Source: Octopus vulgaris
Lineage: Eukaryota
DNA length: 64,000 nt
Reading direction: 5' to 3'
NCBI GenBank assembly: GCA_951406725.2
Contig: OX597832.1
Location: forward strand, 42,408,001-42,472,000
In this document: positions 1-13,072 of the stretch, piece after piece
How positions within the stretch are numbered: the first letter of the stretch is position 1
How the letters are laid out: each line of letters opens with the position of its first letter
Position numbers and translations under genes: made by a program
The notes under the pieces: model-generated
Told to the model about the DNA's origin: nothing
What the model saw: only the letters and a program-made list of their open reading frames with translations
Database searches by the model: none

Positions 1-392
1 CAGTCCGGGATCCGGACAAAATCCCCTAGGAAAAATCCCACTGTGGGCTATGTAAATGAGAGGAAGACCATGAAGAAATAGCACAGTCCCAGATATGGGA
101 GCAGTATTCCATCGCTGGGGTCCCTAAGTTTTCGTATAAGATAAATAATGGATGGTTCTGAAAACAAAGCTCAATCTGTGATGTAAAAAAAACTTCAGCC
201 ATCAGTTAGGTGTTGTCCCTGTGTCCAGTCCAGGGATCGGCTTGCCAAAACTTTCCAGTTCCTTATGTACCGTCCTGCATGCATACAATCAGTCAGGCTC
301 TTGTTTTCAGGGTCCGGACAACGCTCTCCCCTCTGGACTATGTGAATGAGAGGAAAACCAAGGAGGAATGTCTGAATGGCGTAGTATTCCAC

Positions 393-598
393 TGACCCTT
401 AACGTAGTTTTCAGGGAGATTCAGTATGACACAGAATGTGACAAGGCTGGCCATTTGAAATATAGGTACTTCTAAAATATAGGTCAGCTCAGTGGACTGG
501 AGCAATGTCAGATAAAGAGTCATGCTCAAGGACAAAACGTGCTGCTAGGAATCGAACTCACGACATTACGACTGTGGGCCGAATACCCTAACCACTAA
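393..598 (-). mobile_element. tRNA-derived SINE, family C (degenerate)
   Basis: Reverse complement starts TTAGTGGTTAGGGTATTCGG...GAGTTCGATTCC (A/B boxes), then GTCCTTGAGCA...TTGCTCCAGTCCACTGAGCT as in 6107 and 60588; body shared with 17785-18075. Confidence 0.75.
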
Positions 599-992
599 AA
601 AGTTGAGTTTATGCGAGATTGGATTGAAAGGGTTCAGATCCCTTTGATCCCCCACTTCAACACATTATTGACGTTTGGCTTCTTCAGTAGGCATGGCATG
701 ACTAGTTATAAAAATGTTAATAAATTCAATCTTTTCAGTTTTCCTATTTATTTTCTTTTCCGTTTTCATGTTTATTAATGTTTTTTTTCATTTCTCTTTG
801 TCTATTGAGAGTTAACTATTTTTTTTAGTTGGGGAGATAATCAAAAGAACCGATATTTTTCATAAAACTGGTGAGATAACCCAGTTTTTTAATGGCGGTG
901 AGATAACCAAACTGTATCACAATAAAAAAGTGAAACTATTGTATCACATTACAATAATACCGAAACAGTCTAAGACTCGTATATATATATAT

Positions 993-1142
993 ACGCCATG
1001 ATAGATCGTTAGCCACTACACACATTTTTTTCTCCCCTTGTTTCTCTCCTTGTTTTTTTTTCTGCGTCCCTTTCTGTAGAAGAGCGTAGGCTCGAAACGT
1101 AAAAGACTTTTTCTATTCCTGTGCGTTATACTAATGCATCTG
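993..1142 (+). mobile_element. Short (TA)n-associated element, family H1 (Penelope pLTR-like, hammerhead-like motif)
   Basis: ACGCCATGATAGATCGTTAGCCACTACACAC...CTGTAGAAGAGCGTAGGCTCGAAACGT; near-identical copies at 1471, 11428, 13812, 29916. Confidence 0.7.
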
Positions 1143-1266
1143 CTCCGGACTCGTATTAGGCAAGAAGTTGAAAATTGTTTTGGTCCGTGACACTCCATAT
1201 GTAAAATTCGAATGAAATCGGTTGGGTAGTCCTCGATATTTACTGATGCATACATACAGACACACA

Positions 1267-1303
<37 letters not shown>

Positions 1304-1380
1304 ATTCTCAATTATTTTGCTATACATATATACATATGTTTATATACATACATATATATATATATAAATATATATATATA

Positions 1381-1470
<90 letters not shown>

Positions 1471-1473
<3 letters not shown>

Positions 1474-1658
1474 AGAGTTTACGAAAAAAACAAAAGACGA
1501 AGCCAGGTGATGTACAAAACAAGCAGATGTATTAGTATAACGCTCAGGAATAAAAAAAAGTATTTTACGTTTCGAGCCTACGCTCTTCTACAGAAAGGGA
1601 CACAGAAAAAAACAAGGAGAGAAAAAAATGTGTGTAGTGGCTAACGATCTATCATGCC

Positions 1659-1659
<1 letters not shown>
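1471..1659 (-). mobile_element. Short (TA)n-embedded element, family H1
   Basis: Reverse-complement copy of 993-1142, flanked on both sides by pure (TA)n. Confidence 0.75.
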
Positions 1660-1702
<43 letters not shown>

Positions 1703-1722
1703 TGATATATATATATATAGTT

Positions 1723-2246
<524 letters not shown>

Positions 2247-3011
2247 TCGCATGTAGACGTAGATGATCTTTAAAAATCCAACGAAGGAACATTGATTCTC
2301 GGTTTGGAGAAAAGTTATTTCTCTATTGGTGAGATAGTTGAAAAATAAAAACAGTAAAACACACACACACACACACACACAACTTCTATCTCTGTTCTTT
2401 TTTGTTAGATTTTTTTTTCATTTTATTTTGTTTATTTTCTTTCACTCCCTCTGTGTGTTTCCCCCCACCCCCGCCCTCTCGCTATCTCGCCCTTCCATAT
2501 AATCCCCAGTTCCTTCACAGAAGCCGCACCGTCAACACTAAAGTCACTAGATATTCTTATCTCTTGCTGAGCAAAACGGCAAAAATATTGCCAGTCTATG
2601 AATGCCTGTGCACCTACACACAGACACATACATACATACATACATACATACATACATACATACATACATACATACATACACACATATAACGTTCATATAT
2701 ATATATATATATATATATATCATTGTATCTACGTATGTGTGTCTCAGTGTTTTTTCGCGTACGTGCTCGACTGTGTTCCTAGACCCTACCAAAACAGCAG
2801 CTGTGTTTTTCATCGGCCGTTGATAGCGCCTCTTCATCCCTAGGAAGCATAAAGGGGAGACGAGGGTAGAATCTAAGCCAGGCTTTTTTAAAATCCTTTT
2901 TGACATATTTCACACTTATTTTATTGTATTTTAACAAATTTTCTTTTTTTCCTTTCGACTTCCCTGTCTCACCAATCCCATTAATACCATTTCTCTTCTC
3001 TTTTTTCTCTT

Positions 3012-3390
3012 TCACTTGTTTCAGTCATTTGACTGCGGCCATGCTGGAGCACCGCCTTTTAGTCGAGCAAACTCGACCCCGGGACTTATTCTTTTGTAAG
3101 CCCAGTACTTATTCTATCGGTCTCTTTTGCCGAACCGCTAAGTGACGGGGACGTAAACACACCAGCATCGGTTGTCAAGCAATGCTAGGGGGACAAACAC
3201 AGACACACAAACACACACACACATACACATATATATATACATATATACGACAGGCTTCTTTCAGTTTCCGTCTACCAAATCCACTCACAAGGCATTGGTC
3301 GGCCCGGGGCTATAGCAGAAGACACTTGCCCAAGATGCCACGCAGTGGGACTTGAACCCGGAACAATGTGGTTGGTTAGCAAGCTACTTG
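3012..3390 (-). mobile_element. tRNA-derived CORE-like SINE, family A
   Basis: Matches full-length copy 37577-37980 (CCTTGGGCAAGTGTCTT core, internal microsatellite, GGCGGTGCTCCAGCATGGCCGCAGTC tail). Confidence 0.85.
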
Positions 3391-3684
3391 TCTTTGTTTG
3401 TTGTTGTTTTTCGCCCTAGTGGTTTATTGAAATGCGTTCTTTCAATGGCAGTTGTTGTTATTGATATTTTTGTTCCATATCAACTCTGTTGGAGTTGAAT
3501 TATTCATCAAAGCCGTCACAGTCGTGACCATCCCACCTTTTGTATATCTACCATATACATAGACCAAAGAGTTCTTCCTTCATCACTTTATTTTTAACGA
3601 TAGGGTGTGATTAAAAAAAGAAAAAAAAAAAGGATTGACTTCTATTTCTAGCATGTGGAAGCCCCTTTGCTTGCTAATCTAATT

Positions 3685-3915
3685 GGTCCCGGTGCGTGCA
3701 CTCGCGTACTCGTACATCCGCGCTAGCTAGTCGTGACTAGTCGATCCTACAATGACTACCTAGCAAAGTAAATAAAACACAAAATAAATAAGTTTTTTAC
3801 ACAAAGTAAATAAAACACAAAAATACAAAGTAAGGATCGATTAGTCACGACTAGCTAGTTCGGATGCGCGAGTACGCGAGTGCGCGCACCGGGACCACTC
3901 TTCTTAAATAGTACC
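3685..3915. mobile_element. MITE with ~65 bp CpG-rich inverted repeats, Merlin-like
   Basis: GGTCCCGGTGCG...GATCCTAC inverted with GTAAGGATC...CACCGGGACC; 9-bp direct repeat AATCTAATT at 3676-3684 and 3916-3924; GGT...ACC termini. Confidence 0.7.
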
Positions 3916-3989
3916 AATCTAATTAAGGATAGTGATTATAAATTGGCAGATTAATGACTGTTGAGTCTAAACAATATCTTCTAACTTTT

Positions 3990-4530
3990 ATCTTTTATTT
4001 GTTTCAATCACTGGACTGCAGCCATGCTGGAGCAATGTCTAAACCCACTGTAGTACCTTTTTTTTTAAGCCTAGCACTTATTTTATCGTCAAGGTGGCGT
4101 AAACAAACCAACACCGGTTGTAGAAAAGTGAGAGTGACAGGCACACACACACACACGCATACGACAGGCTTCCACACAGTTTCTGTCAACCAAATTTACT
4201 CGAAAGTCATTGTCAGGCTCGGAGCTAAAGCAGAAGATACTTGTCTAATGTGCTGCGCGATGGGAGCGAACCCAAAACTTCGTGGCTGTAAAGAGAGGTT
4301 CTTAACCTCACAGCAGAGCCTGCATCTATTCTTCTTTTACTTGTTTCAGTCATTAGACTCAGGCCATTCTGGGGCATCATACTGAAGAATTTTTAGTCGA
4401 ACGAATCAACCCCAGTACTTACCTTTTGTTAAACCTGGTTCTTAGTCTATTAGTATATTTTGCCGAACCGCTAAGTTACGAGGACGTAAACACACCAACA
4501 GCGATTGGGAAGCAGTGTGGAGGGACAAAC

Positions 4531-4576
<46 letters not shown>

Positions 4577-4750
4577 ACATACACACAGATATATATACGA
4601 CGGGCTTCTTTCAGTTTCCGTCTACTAAGCCCACTCACATGTCTTTTGTCGGCCCCACGCTATAAGACAGCTGCTCAAGGGGCCACGCAGTGGAACTGAA
4701 CCCAGAACCATGTGGTTGGGAAGCAATCTTTTCCCCACACAGTTACGCTG
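3990..4750 (-). mobile_element. Two adjacent degenerate family A SINEs
   Basis: Family A tail and core motifs at 3990-4322 and 4335-4750. Confidence 0.75.
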
Positions 4751-4987
4751 AAAAAGACCCCTCTACCCCACCCCCAAACGATCGACAGAATGTTATGGTT
4801 TGACTGTAATCCTATAGCGAGGACTTCAACAGAGGAGGAAAGTTGGTGACCGTGACCATTTTTTTCAGGGTTTAGGGAGTTTCAAGCAATCATGCTAGGC
4901 CCTTGGAATGATTGCTTCAAACCGGGTGGGTCTTTCATGAGAAGTATCCAAAAGTCGATCTACTCAATTAGAGCTGACATGGAGTTA

Positions 4988-5190
4988 ATCATCGTCGTCG
5001 TCATCATCATCATCATCATATATCGTCGTCGTCGTCGTCATCACCATCATCATCGTTATCATCATCGTCGTCATCATCATCATCATCATCATCATCATTA
5101 TCATCATCATCATCATCGTCGTCGTCGTCATCATCATCATCATCGTCATCATCATCGTCATCATTATTATCATCATCCTCATCTTCATCT
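4988..5190. repeat. (CAT/CGT)n trinucleotide microsatellite
   Basis: Direct reading. Confidence 0.95.
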
Positions 5191-5493
5191 CGACAGATGA
5201 TACTCAAAAGATAAAATAGAAAAGTGTTTTCGGAAAACGGTAGAACTGTAGCCACATGTTGACAACTTGCAGAATTAGTTTGGTTTCAAATTTAGGGTCC
5301 CCTTAAAAAACCGGATGTGGCGCAATTTGAAATGCTTTTAGTCTGTTATAAACATTTAATTCGGATATAAACAAGAAATCATGAATAAACTCCTGAAATT
5401 ATTCTCAATATAAACATTGGCAATGGCATCGAATGCCGAAAAGAAGAAACTCCAGACTGGGCTTACATGACGCAAATTATATAACATAATGTA

Positions 5494-5725
5494 AGGCGGC
5501 GAGCTGGCAGAAACGTTAGCACGCCGGGCGAAATGCTTAGCCGTATTTCGTCTGTCGTTACGTTCCGAGTTCAAATTCCGCTGAGGTCGACTTTGCCTTT
5601 CATCCTTTCGGGGTCGATAAATTAAGTACCAGTTACGCACTGGGGTCGATGTAATCGACTTGATCCCTTTGTCTGTCCTTGTTTGTCCCCTCTGTGTTTA
5701 ACCCCTTGTGGGTAGTAAAGAAATA
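5494..5725 (+). mobile_element. SINE family B, monomer with 16-bp TSD
   Basis: GGCGGCGAGCTGGCAGAA head, GAGTTCAAATTCC B-box, GCCTTTCATCCTTTCGGGGTCGATAAA domain; TSD TATATAACATAATGTA at 5478-5493 and 5726-5741. Confidence 0.9.
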
Positions 5726-6106
5726 TATATAACATAATGTAGAGAACATGCGTTAATTTGTTTCATATGAAAATTTACAAGGATAATACTGAGATTAATA
5801 ATAATAGAGAGAAAAATACGGATTAACCTTTAGTAAGAAGGGATTTAGACTTAGTTGCTTGGTAGTGGTATAGAACTAAATGAAACGCGAAAAGATGGGG
5901 ATCTTACGGTCATCTACAGCATTTGAAAGACGATGTGCAACAGGCGGGATCTCAGTCAATCACTCAAAGGTTGCACAGAGACCTTGTTATCTGAATCGAA
6001 ATATTCGAAATATTGACCCAAAAATCTAATTCAGAACGAACCACATGACTTATAGTTTTGGTAGTTAGTGTACCTAGAATATATTCTGTTAATTAGTGTA
6101 ATATAT

Positions 6107-6363
6107 GTGGAGGCGCGTGGCTTAGTGGTTAGGGTGTCAGCATCATGATCGTAAGATTGTGGTTTCAATTCCTGGACCGGGAGACGCATTGTGTTCTTGA
6201 GCAAAGTACTTCATTTCACGTTGCTCCAGTCCACTCAGCTGGCAAAAATGAGTGACGCTGCGATGGACTGGCGTCCCGTCCAGCTGGGGAACACATACGC
6301 CATTGAAACCGGGAAACCTGGCCCATGAGCCTGGCTAGGCTTTAAAAGGGCGCATTTATTATA
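6107..6363 (+). mobile_element. tRNA-derived SINE, family C, full length with 18-bp TSD
   Basis: TGGCTTAGTGG A box, GGTTTCAATTCC B box, CTGCGATGGACTGGCGTCCCGTCCAG domain; TSD TTAATTAGTGTAATATAT at 6089-6106 and 6364-6381. Confidence 0.9.
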
Positions 6364-7133
6364 TTAATTAGTGTAATATATATGACACTGTGAGTGGATT
6401 TAATTTTTAGTGCGTGCAATTAATTAAACATATATACTAGATTAATTCGTTTTATATTAAGCAAATTATATAAAATTAAGCAAGTTTATATGCGTATTAA
6501 GCAAATTTTGAAGTGTATAATGTAGCGGCACTAAACGTCGAACAATATGATGTATTATACAGAACCTAGAACGTCTTTGACTGAGCACACTTCTGATATG
6601 CAGACAGTCAATTAAACAACTATATGCTATCCATAGATTCGTTGTTCCCAATGTACAACATCTCCATATTCCAGCTTTGCTCTCTTCCGCTTCTTTAAAA
6701 ACCACATGTACTTTGAAAGAGACGTAGCATTGCACTTACTCATTGATTTTTAGTGCATACATGTGACATGCGTAACTTGTTTTAAACGTATTGTGGGTTT
6801 ACACATTGTACGTTTATATGATGCAGCCAACTGATTGTCTACTTGCATTTTACATGCATTTCGTATTCAAATAACTACTAGACAAATCTCTTCGGTTATG
6901 TCCAGGTTGGGTGTTTGTATGGTGTTTATAGATTTTTAGTTGTAGATTTAAAATTTCGTGTTCCCCGCTACCATAACATCGAGCTTTAACAAGATGTTTT
7001 TAAAGAGTTTGTGATATTTACATTTAGTTGGAAAGTGCGAACTGATCAATTTTAAAAAGTCATAATAAGTGCATTTAAACATTAGTGACGATTACCCAAG
7101 ATAACTTTTATGTTAATATTCGGAATCATTACA

Positions 7134-7536
7134 AGGCGACGAGCTGGCAGAAACGTTAGCACGACGGGCGAAATGCTTTGCGGTATTTCGTCTGCCGTTA
7201 CGTTGTGAGTTCAAATTCCGCCGAGGTCGACTTTGCCTTTCATCCTTTCGGGGTCGATAAATTAAGTACCAGTCACGCACTGGGGTCGATGTAATCGACT
7301 TAATACCTATGTCTGTCCTTGTTTGTCCCCTCTGTGTTTAGCCCCTTGTGGGTAATAAAGAAATAGGTATTTCGTCTGTCTTTACGTTCTGAGTTCAAGT
7401 TCAAATACCGCCGAGATTGACTTTGCCTTTCATTATTTCGGGGTTGATGAATTAAGTACCAGTTAAGTACTAGGGTCGATCTAATCGACTGGCCCCCTCC
7501 CCCAAACTTTCGGGCTTTGTTCCTAGAGTAGGAAAG
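7134..7536 (+). mobile_element. SINE family B dimer
   Basis: Headed unit plus headless second unit with an alternative tail; imperfect 16-bp TSD at 7115-7130 and 7537-7552. Confidence 0.85.
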
Positions 7537-7566
7537 AATATTCGGTATTATTTCATTGTTTCTGGA

Positions 7567-7790
<224 letters not shown>

Positions 7791-8392
7791 TATTTATCCA
7801 TAAAGAGAAAGTGAGAAATCAACCATAGTTCATGTTCATCCACCACCACCACCACCACCACCACCACCACCACCACCACCACTACCACCACCACCACCAC
7901 CCCTACTACCTCCGATAATATTACTGCCACCACCGGAATCACATAACTGTTACCATCATACCACCATCACCACCATTCACACAAAATGAATGCCCCTCCC
8001 CCACATCCACTACGATAACGACGATGACGACGACGACGGCCACCACCACCACCATCACCACCACCATTATACCAACCTGCAGTACATCACGTCACCTTAC
8101 AAACCGATTATGTGAACTTTATGACAGAAATGTTTCTCATAATCCTTTGAATGTTTGCTTCCATTCTCTCTCTCCTCTTACTCCCCCCTTGCCTCTATCT
8201 CTTACACACACACAGATAAATATACTCTCACTCTTACTCATTCTTTCCCTCTCCCTCCCTCTCTCTCTCTCTCTCCACCATTTCTTTTATACATTCTCTT
8301 TCCTTCTCCCTCACACTTTGCAACAAACTTTTGACTTTCATCGCTTCTTTCGGTTTTCTCACTCTTAAGTTTGGTTAAGTCCTGTATGTAGT

Positions 8393-8438
<46 letters not shown>

Positions 8439-8550
8439 GAGTGAGTGAGTGTGTGTGCGTGTGTGTGCGAGTGTCAGTGCGTATGTGTCTATGCGTACAT
8501 GTGCGTATGTGTGCGTGCATATATATATGCTTGCATAAGTACACACACAT

Positions 8551-8639
<89 letters not shown>

Positions 8640-8641
<2 letters not shown>

Positions 8642-9000
8642 ATGTTTGTGTGTCTGTGTTTGTCTCTCCAACATCGCTTGACAACCGATGCTGGTGTGTT
8701 TACGTCCCCGTAACCTAGCGGTTCGGCAAAAGAGACCGAAAGAATAAGTACTAGGCTTACAAAGAATAAGTCCTGGGGGTCGATTTGTTCGACTAAAGGC
8801 GGTGCTCCAGCATGGCCACAGTCAAATGACTGAAACAAGTAAACCAAGAGTAAAAGAGTTCTGAGTACAAAATTCCGCAGAGGTTGACTTTTCCTTCCAT
8901 CATTTCGTGCTCGATAAAATAAGTACCAGATGAGTACTGGGGCCAGTTTAATCGACTTAACCCTCCTCCCAAAATTTGCTGGTCTTGTTCCAAAATTTTA
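8640..9000 (+). mobile_element. 3' half of family A SINE followed by degenerate family B SINE
   Basis: Family A tail 8640-8858; family B central domain 8860-9000. Confidence 0.75.
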
Positions 9001-9311
9001 AATCAGCGTTAATTAAATTAAGTTAATTATATATTTTATAAACATACAACGCCATACATTGGAATTCAGGTTCACATTCGGGTATTCCATCACTGTTTAC
9101 ATTGTAGTGTAAATAATATTTTATGAGAGAGCAAGGGAGCACGTGATCATTAAGATTAATTAAAGTGGCTTAATTAACGCTTTACAGTATGTTGTTTTAT
9201 AAACATAAAACGGTAATGTTCTTGGATGGATACGTATTGGGGGCTGATATGTTATTTTAAAAAAATCGCTTTCATTTTGTCTACAAGTCAAGGACAATTT
9301 ACTCTCTCCCT

Positions 9312-9381
<70 letters not shown>

Positions 9382-9384
<3 letters not shown>

Positions 9385-10225
9385 AGTCATCCCATAAGTT
9401 CTGTCCGATTTTACGTTTTTTAAAACTGAATGAAATTTAATAGTATTTTAGAATGTCTAATGGAATTAAAAATTATTTTTATGCATTTGTGTACATTTAA
9501 ACTAAGTAAATATTATTTTACAGAATAATAGAATTAAAATTTCTTTGATTAAAACCCTTTCTAACACGGAAGTATCCAAAGAGCATTTAAGGCACGTAAT
9601 GCCTTATGAATACAAAAAAGGAAACTCTGCAGTCGAAGTGACTCGAAGCATACACTCAGTTTATGGGAAAGAATGCAGAAGATGGTTTGCAAAATTCAGG
9701 AGTGGAGATTTCAGCTTTCAAGATGAAGATCGAACAGGACGTCCAGTTGAGTTTGATGATAAGCTCCTTGAGACACTACTTGAAGAAAATCCTGCATTAT
9801 CAGTTGAAGAATGGGCAATAAAGCTTAGTTCAAACTATACAACTGTTCATCTTCAACAACTTGGAAATGTTCCTAAACTTGGAAAATGGGTGCCTCATGA
9901 ATTGTCCGAAAGCAACCGCAAATGCCAAGTTGACATCTGCTCTTCTCTCCATTCTCGCGAACTCATTTCACCCTTTTTGGATAGACTTGTGACTGGTGAC
10001 GAAAAATGTATCTTCTGTCGAAATGTTAAACGTCGTAAACAGTTGCTTGGTAAAAGGGGAAAAGCTCAACCACAACCGAGAAGGGAACTTCATGGAAAAA
10101 AAGTTCTCTTCATCTGGTGGGATTGCAAAGGAGTAATGCACTTTGAATTGTTACCACCTAATGCAACAATCAATGCTCAAGTCTACTGTCAGCAATTAGA
10201 ACGTTTGAACCAAGCTTTGCGCCAA
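9382..10225 (+). mobile_element. Mariner DNA transposon, 3'-truncated
   Basis: 5' end TCAAGTCATCCCATAAGTTCTGTCCG directly after (TA)n, followed by a transposase frame; breaks into (TA)n with no right end visible. Confidence 0.9.
9566..10225 (+). pseudogene. Mariner transposase remnant (HTH region plus first catalytic Asp)
   Basis: Motifs [56 protein letters not shown]; probable start codon mutated to ACG at 9566; remaining DDD residues missing. Confidence 0.9.
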
Positions 10226-10241
10226 TGCGTCATACATATGC

Positions 10242-10281
<40 letters not shown>

Positions 10282-10303
10282 TTGCGCCAATGCTTCATAT
10301 ATA

Positions 10304-10364
<61 letters not shown>

Positions 10365-10444
10365 ATATATATATGTGTATATATATATATGTATGTATGT
10401 ATATACACATACATACATACATACATATATATATATATATATGT

Positions 10445-10690
10445 TAATAAAATAGAACATATGCATATATATAAACATATATGTACGTACCTACCTCTAC
10501 ATGTACATATACACGCATATATGTGTACAGGACACCAAAAAGACGTCGAACACATAGAGAGACGAAAAACATAGACACAAACCAAGGAACAGGACAAGCA
10601 AAAAAGAAAAAAAGAGATACAGGACAATAAGCACAACGAAAAATCCCCTTCTTCAGTCGCTAAGGTTTCATCTACTCTACGTTTCGAAGG

Positions 10691-10692
<2 letters not shown>
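10445..10692 (-). mobile_element. (TA)n-embedded element, family H3
   Basis: Homologous in opposite orientation to 29229-29540 (CAGGACACCAAAA.ACGTCGA, CCCCTTCTTCAG, TTTCGAAGG). Confidence 0.65.
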
Positions 10693-10736
<44 letters not shown>

Positions 10737-10741
<5 letters not shown>

Positions 10742-10892
10742 GTCTGGGGAGAGTCAACAATTGAAGCGGTTGCAAGAAGTAACGAAAAGTTTAGAAAAAA
10801 AAGTAATTGAGTCGATATCGAACCGCTGTGTGTATTTTTGGAACCGAGCGAACATAAAGCATAAAAACAGAATGACTCTTACGAGACACAAC
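10737..10892. mobile_element. Small putative MITE
   Basis: GTTGTGTCTGGGGAGAGTCA (10737-10756) inverted with TGACTCTTACGAGACACAAC (10873-10892). Confidence 0.5.
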
Positions 10893-11052
10893 AGCATATG
10901 CTTCATCACACGTATTCACATAAAGATTCTTGCAAACGTCCGCGTAACTTAGCGGTCCGGCAAAAGTGCCACGCTTTAAAAATAAGTGCTTGGGTCGATA
11001 TATTCGACTAAAAAAAATTCGCGTTGTTGTTTTTGTCTTGTATGTTTTTTGG

Positions 11053-11100
<48 letters not shown>

Positions 11101-11427
11101 AGTGTGTGTGTGTGTAGCTCTCTACACCGGGTGTTAACCAAATACTTATTTTGAAAACAACTATTAAAATTTTTTCTAGTCTCTGAGTTTTCCTGCTGAC
11201 AGAAATCAAAATTTTTCAACCATAACTGAAAGCAGTCATAAGACCCCCGCCACACGTACAGTGAAATTGTTTTATTTATGCTTCAAATTCAAGTTTTAGA
11301 AATTTATTGATTTCCGTCAACAGGAAACTTCAGATACCCGGGAACTGACAAAAATTCCATTCAAAAGCAAACATATTTTTTGTGTGCATGTGTATGTATG
11401 TACGGATGTGTATGTGTACGTGCATAG

Positions 11428-11575
11428 ACGCCATGATAGATCGTTAGCCACTACACACATTTTTTCTCTCCTTGTTTTTTCTGTGTCCCTTTCTGTAGAA
11501 GAGCGTAGGATGGAAACATAAAAGACTTTTTTCTATTCCTGAGCGTTATACTTTTTGTAATACATCTGTTTGTTT

Positions 11576-11580
<5 letters not shown>
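11428..11580 (+). mobile_element. Family H1 element (degenerate motif)
   Basis: Near-identical to 993-1142, runs into (TA)n. Confidence 0.7.
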
Positions 11581-11656
<76 letters not shown>

Positions 11657-11699
11657 GTCCCTTCCTCACTCTCTCTCTCTCTCTCTCTCTCTCTTTCCT

Positions 11700-12226
11700 T
11701 AGTTCCTTCCTTAATTTTTCAATCCTTCTGCTCCTTACCTCTCTCTGTTCCTCCTACATGCTCGGTGCTCGGCCAAGCATGATCTTTCTTTCTTGACTTG
11801 ACCGCCGCTCGCACAACACCTTCTTTTCCTGTCTCCTGACATTCATCTCTGTTTATTCCCATATGGCTTCCCCTTCACCTGCCAGCTTAACGTAACTTGT
11901 TCTTTTAGTCGAAAGACGCCTGTTGTTATTCTTGTTGTTTGTATTTGTAATCGTGTAACATTTTCTCCGTTTTCTCGTTTTATTTTTGTCCGTGTTGTCG
12001 CACATATTCGCTCGCTTTCTTTCAAAAATTTAATTTCCTTAGCTTAGATTTTTGGGGCCTACCAATTTTGAACAGTCTTAAGTGTAACAAGCCGAAACTG
12101 TAGTGATGATTTGAAGCTTGACTGATGAATAGAAAGCTACGAATGTTCCATCCTGGTTTTCCTGTCTGTCTTTGTATCGCCCATCTGTCCGTGTGTTTTT
12201 ATTGTCGCCTGTTACGTTCTTGTTCC

Positions 12227-12230
<4 letters not shown>
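11700..12230 (+). mobile_element. Microsatellite-bounded element, family H4
   Basis: 12040-12230 (AGCTTAG...GCCGAAA...CTTGACTGA.GA...CGAATG) shared with 21915-22130 and 57080-57215. Confidence 0.55.
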
Positions 12231-12284
<54 letters not shown>

Positions 12285-12286
<2 letters not shown>

Positions 12287-12460
12287 CAGAAATGTAACCA
12301 CACGTGGACTGTTGGCGATTCCACCAACCTTCTTCCTTCTTTCCTTTGGGAGTTTCTTGCATTTCCTGTTTCCAACGAAGGGCAATGCTCGAAACGTAAA
12401 ACAACTAGCCTCTTCTTTCTCCGAGCGTCATATTAATACATTGCTTGTATCTTGAATTGA
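12285..12460 (+). mobile_element. Divergent family H1-like element
   Basis: (TA)n-bounded; TGTTT-CCAACGAA-GGGC-AAT-GCTC-GAAACGTA-AAACA followed by CCGAGCG. Confidence 0.6.
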
Positions 12461-13027
12461 CTATATATATATATGAAATTATGTAATAGAAACTGTTCAA
12501 GATTGAAATTTTTACCTATATGGCATACTTAACAGAGCGACTGTCAGAGTGACAGATGCGCATTTCACTGTTGATGCGGCTTGTCAGTGACAAGCACTCA
12601 GGTTGCTTCCGACATGAAGTCACTTCGGCCAGTATATACAATTATGTTGTCATACACAAGCGAATATATCTACAGATTTTAGCCAACATTATATGTAATA
12701 AGCAGATATAAACAGCTTGACGGTATATAATACCTTCGTAGGTGAGTTTTAATCCTATATCGAGATGTCATTAGTGGTTCATTACGCTCGTTAATTATTT
12801 ACAGAAATATTTCATATGAATTCCACGATTACTAAGGTTTTAAGTAAATTACATAGAGCTATTCGCCAATTATAATGCATACCTGACATCCAACCGTATT
12901 ACGCACACACACATACACACACACACATACACATACGCATACACATACACACACACAAACACATGTGCGTGTGTGTGCGTGTATGTCTATGCGCGGATGA
13001 ATGTACGCACGCACACATATTAACATA

Positions 13028-13072
<45 letters not shown>

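Noticed and set aside
1-392. Imperfect duplication (TCCGGACAA...CTATGT.AATGAGAGGAA.ACCA at about 11-70 and 313-360)
   Set aside because: Real but cut by the window edge; cannot be classified
5292-5480. Possible Tc1/mariner left end (TAGGGTCCCCTTAAAAAACCGGA)
   Set aside because: No matching right TIR or transposase found in the window
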